Shown here piece by piece: positions 61,703 to 64,000 of a DNA stretch of 64,000 bases. Both the position numbers and the translations under genes were made by a program. A model generated the notes under the pieces. It was given only the letters and a program-made list of their open reading frames with translations, made no database searches and was not told the origin of the DNA. Origin of the DNA: an uncultured Clostridiaceae bacterium (lineage in GTDB: Bacteria; Bacillota; Clostridia; TANB77; CAG-465); the NCBI GenBank assembly GCA_964653805.1, contig CAZZFS010000004.1:4182-68181 (forward strand), read 5' to 3'. How positions within the stretch are numbered: position 1 is the stretch's first letter; each line of letters opens with the position of its first letter.

Positions 61703-64000
61703 TTAACTTAATAAATCAAACATATCCATTTGTTCTGATCTTGGCATATCTTTTAAGCATCCTGCATTTTTTAAAACTTCTACTGCTACTTTACCAAGTT
61801 TTGCACTCATAGTCATTTGTTCTATTGAAGTAAATCTACCTTTTTCTCTTGCTACAACTAATTTTTCTGAATCAACTTCTCCAAAACCAGTTAATGATGA
61901 AAGTGGTGGTCTAATCCCATTTTCTTCAACTATGAATTTTTTCCAATCTGATAAATAAATATCTACTGGTAAGAAATTTATATTTCGCTCGTTCATTTCA
62001 AGTACAAGTTCTAGTATTGGATACATATTTTTTTCTTTTGTTGTTGCATTATTTCCTAAACTATCAATTTCTTTCATTTTAGCTCTTACTCGTTCTTTTC
62101 CATATAACATTGAATCACTATCGAATTCATCTGCTCTTATAGAGAAAAAAGATGCATAATATGCTGCTGGAATATGTACTTTAAACCATGCTATTCTAAA
62201 AGCCATTGTTACATAAGCTGCAGCATGTGCTTTTGGAAACATATATTTTATTTTTTTACAAGAATCTATATACCATTCTGGAATACTATATTCAACCATT
62301 AAAGCTTCTTGTTCTTCAGTTAAACCTTTACCTTTACGAACACATTCCATTATTTTAAATGATGGATTAGGTGGCAAACCTTGTCCTATTAAATATGTCA
62401 TTATATCATCCCTTGTACATATTGCTTCATTTAGTGTTGTTGTTCCTTCTTGTATTAATGTTTGTGCATTATTTAACCATACATCTGTACCATGAGATAA
62501 GCCTGATATTCTTATTAATTCTTCAAATGTTGTTGGTCTTGTATCGACTAACATACCTCTTACAAATTTAGTTCCAAACTCTGGAACACCAAAAGTTCCA
62601 ACTTCTGAATTAATCTGTTCTGTTGTTAATCCTAAAGATTCAGTAGAACTAAATATTGCCATTGTTTCTTTGTCATCTAAAGGTATTTCTTTTGGATCAA
62701 CACCTGTTATATCTTGTAGCATTCTAATCATAGTTGGATCGTCATGTCCTAGTATATCAAGTTTTAATAGATTTTTATCTATTGAGTGATAATCAAAATG
62801 AGTAGTTATTATACTAGATCTTGGATCATCTGCTGGATGTTGTACTGGACAAAATTCATAAATTTCTCTTCCTTTTGGTACAACTATTATACCTCCTGGA
62901 TGTTGTCCAGATGTCCTTTTTATGCCAGTACATCCTTTTGAAATCCTAACAATTTCAGGATTTAACATTACTTTATTTCTTTCTTCTAAATATTTAAGAA
63001 CAAATCCATATGCTGTTTTATCCGCAACTGTACCTATTGTACCAGCTTTGTATGTTGTACCTTTTCCAAATATAACTTCTGTATATTTATGTGCTTTAGC
63101 TTGATATTCACCAGAGAAGTTAAGATCTATATCTGGTTCTTTATCTCCATTAAATCCTAAAAACGTTTCAAACGGTATATCCATACCATCTTTCACAAGA
63201 TTTGTTTCACATTCTGGACATTTTTTATCTGGTAAATCAAATCCATTTTTAAAACCATAATCTGAAAAATCAGAATATTTACAATTTGGACATCTATAAT
63301 GTGGTCTTAATGAATTAACCTCAGTAATCCCTGTTAAATATGCTGCAAAAGATGATCCAACTGATCCCCTTGAACCAACTAAATAACCATCTTCATTTGA
63401 TTTCCAAACTAATTTTTGAGCAATTATATACATTACTGAGAATCCATTTTTAATTATAGAATCAAGTTCTTTTACAACTCTTTCTTCTACAATATCTGGT
63501 AATGGATCACCGTACAATTCTTTTGCTTTTTCTCTTGCAATATCTTCAATTTCTTTTTCACAGCCCTCAATATGTGGTGGACATTTTTCATCAGATATTG
63601 GTGTTATTGCATCGCATAAATCTGCAACTTTATTTGTATTTGTAACTACTACTTCATATGCCTTTTCTGGGCCTAAATATTCAAATTCAGCAAGCATTTC
63701 TTCTGTTGTTCTATAATATAGTGGTGCTTGTTTATCTGCATCACTATATCCTTGTCCTGCCATAATAATTCTTCTATATATTTCATCTTCTGGATTTAAA
63801 AAATGACTATCACAAGTAGCAACAACTAGTTTATTATTTTTTTCACCAACTTCAACTATTTTTTTATTTATATCAATTAAATCTTGAACTGAATTTAACA
63901 TACCTTTATCTAAATAAAATTGATTATTCCCTAAAGGTTGTATTTCTAAATAATCATAATAATTAGCTATTTTATCAATTTTTTCTTCAGATTCTTTATT
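61703..64000 (-). CDS. polC: DNA polymerase III PolC-type, C-terminal ~765 aa (5' part of gene lies beyond window end)
   Basis: Pol III alpha signature [21 protein letters not shown] and a Zn-finger CPNCK...CPEC. The reading frame stays open upstream of the track's Met through 64000, across the conserved DYLEIQP motif. Confidence 0.85.
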   Translation of the reverse strand, partial: NKESEEKIDKIANYYDYLEIQPLGNNQFYLDKGMLNSVQDLIDINKKIVEVGEKNNKLVVATCDSHFLNPEDEIYRRIIMAGQGYSDADKQAPLYYRTTEEMLAEFEYLGPEKAYEVVVTNTNKVADLCDAITPISDEKCPPHIEGCEKEIEDIAREKAKELYGDPLPDIVEERVVKELDSIIKNGFSVMYIIAQKLVWKSNEDGYLVGSRGSVGSSFAAYLTGITEVNSLRPHYRCPNCKYSDFSDYGFKNGFDLPDKKCPECETNLVKDGMDIPFETFLGFNGDKEPDIDLNFSGEYQAKAHKYTEVIFGKGTTYKAGTIGTVADKTAYGFVLKYLEERNKVMLNPEIVRISKGCTGIKRTSGQHPGGIIVVPKGREIYEFCPVQHPADDPRSSIITTHFDYHSIDKNLLKLDILGHDDPTMIRMLQDITGVDPKEIPLDDKETMAIFSSTESLGLTTEQINSEVGTFGVPEFGTKFVRGMLVDTRPTTFEELIRISGLSHGTDVWLNNAQTLIQEGTTTLNEAICTRDDIMTYLIGQGLPPNPSFKIMECVRKGKGLTEEQEALMVEYSIPEWYIDSCKKIKYMFPKAHAAAYVTMAFRIAWFKVHIPAAYYASFFSIRADEFDSDSMLYGKERVRAKMKEIDSLGNNATTKEKNMYPILELVLEMNERNINFLPVDIYLSDWKKFIVEENGIRPPLSSLTGFGEVDSEKLVVAREKGRFTSIEQMTMSAKLGKVAVEVLKNAGCLKDMPRSEQMDMFDLLS

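Overview
This window looks like a segment of an extremely AT-rich (about 25-28% GC) Firmicutes/Clostridia-like chromosome. Most of it is conserved housekeeping DNA, mainly on the minus strand. The genes called, in order, are: the alaS 5' end; ttcA-like; an arsR-arsD-arsA operon; glmS preceded by a clear glmS ribozyme; murE; carD-disA-radA; tmRNA (ssrA); a dCMP deaminase; lysS; the rpmG-secE-nusG-rplK-rplA-rplJ-rplL cluster; an Ogg1-type glycosylase; two tRNA-Gly(UCC) genes; a B12-dependent RNR (nrdJ) with an NrdR-box palindrome; scpA-deoD-recX-recA; an HD-EAL protein; rplM-rpsI; veg; ctpA; pyk; rpmB; nth; tRNA-Leu(UAG); and the polC 3' half. Six accessory features stand out:
1. A compact operon at 54.3-60.8 kb. 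It encodes a 97-aa unknown protein translationally coupled to a single-module NRPS (C-A-T-R, terminal thioester reductase). The NRPS is followed 28 bp later by an orphan 7TM sensor histidine kinase. This is a candidate peptide-aldehyde biosynthetic locus.
2. An islet at 43.5-48.6 kb. It carries SUFU-like and DUF1963/YwqG-like immunity-type genes and a DUF4143 AAA ATPase. Two ~130-bp, ~96% identical intergenic repeats, each containing a terminator hairpin, lie within it.
3. A 2.5-kb islet of four unknown/GNAT genes bracketed by two tRNA-Gly genes, with a shared 20-bp upstream motif.
4. A tandem-duplicated (p)ppGpp-hydrolase-like HD protein whose second copy has lost the HD/ED catalytic motifs.
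5. A 1005-aa membrane-anchored surface protein with ~510-bp near-identical tandem repeats.
6. An arsRDA operon with no arsB/acr3/arsC in the window.

No CRISPR array, transposase or prophage was recognised.
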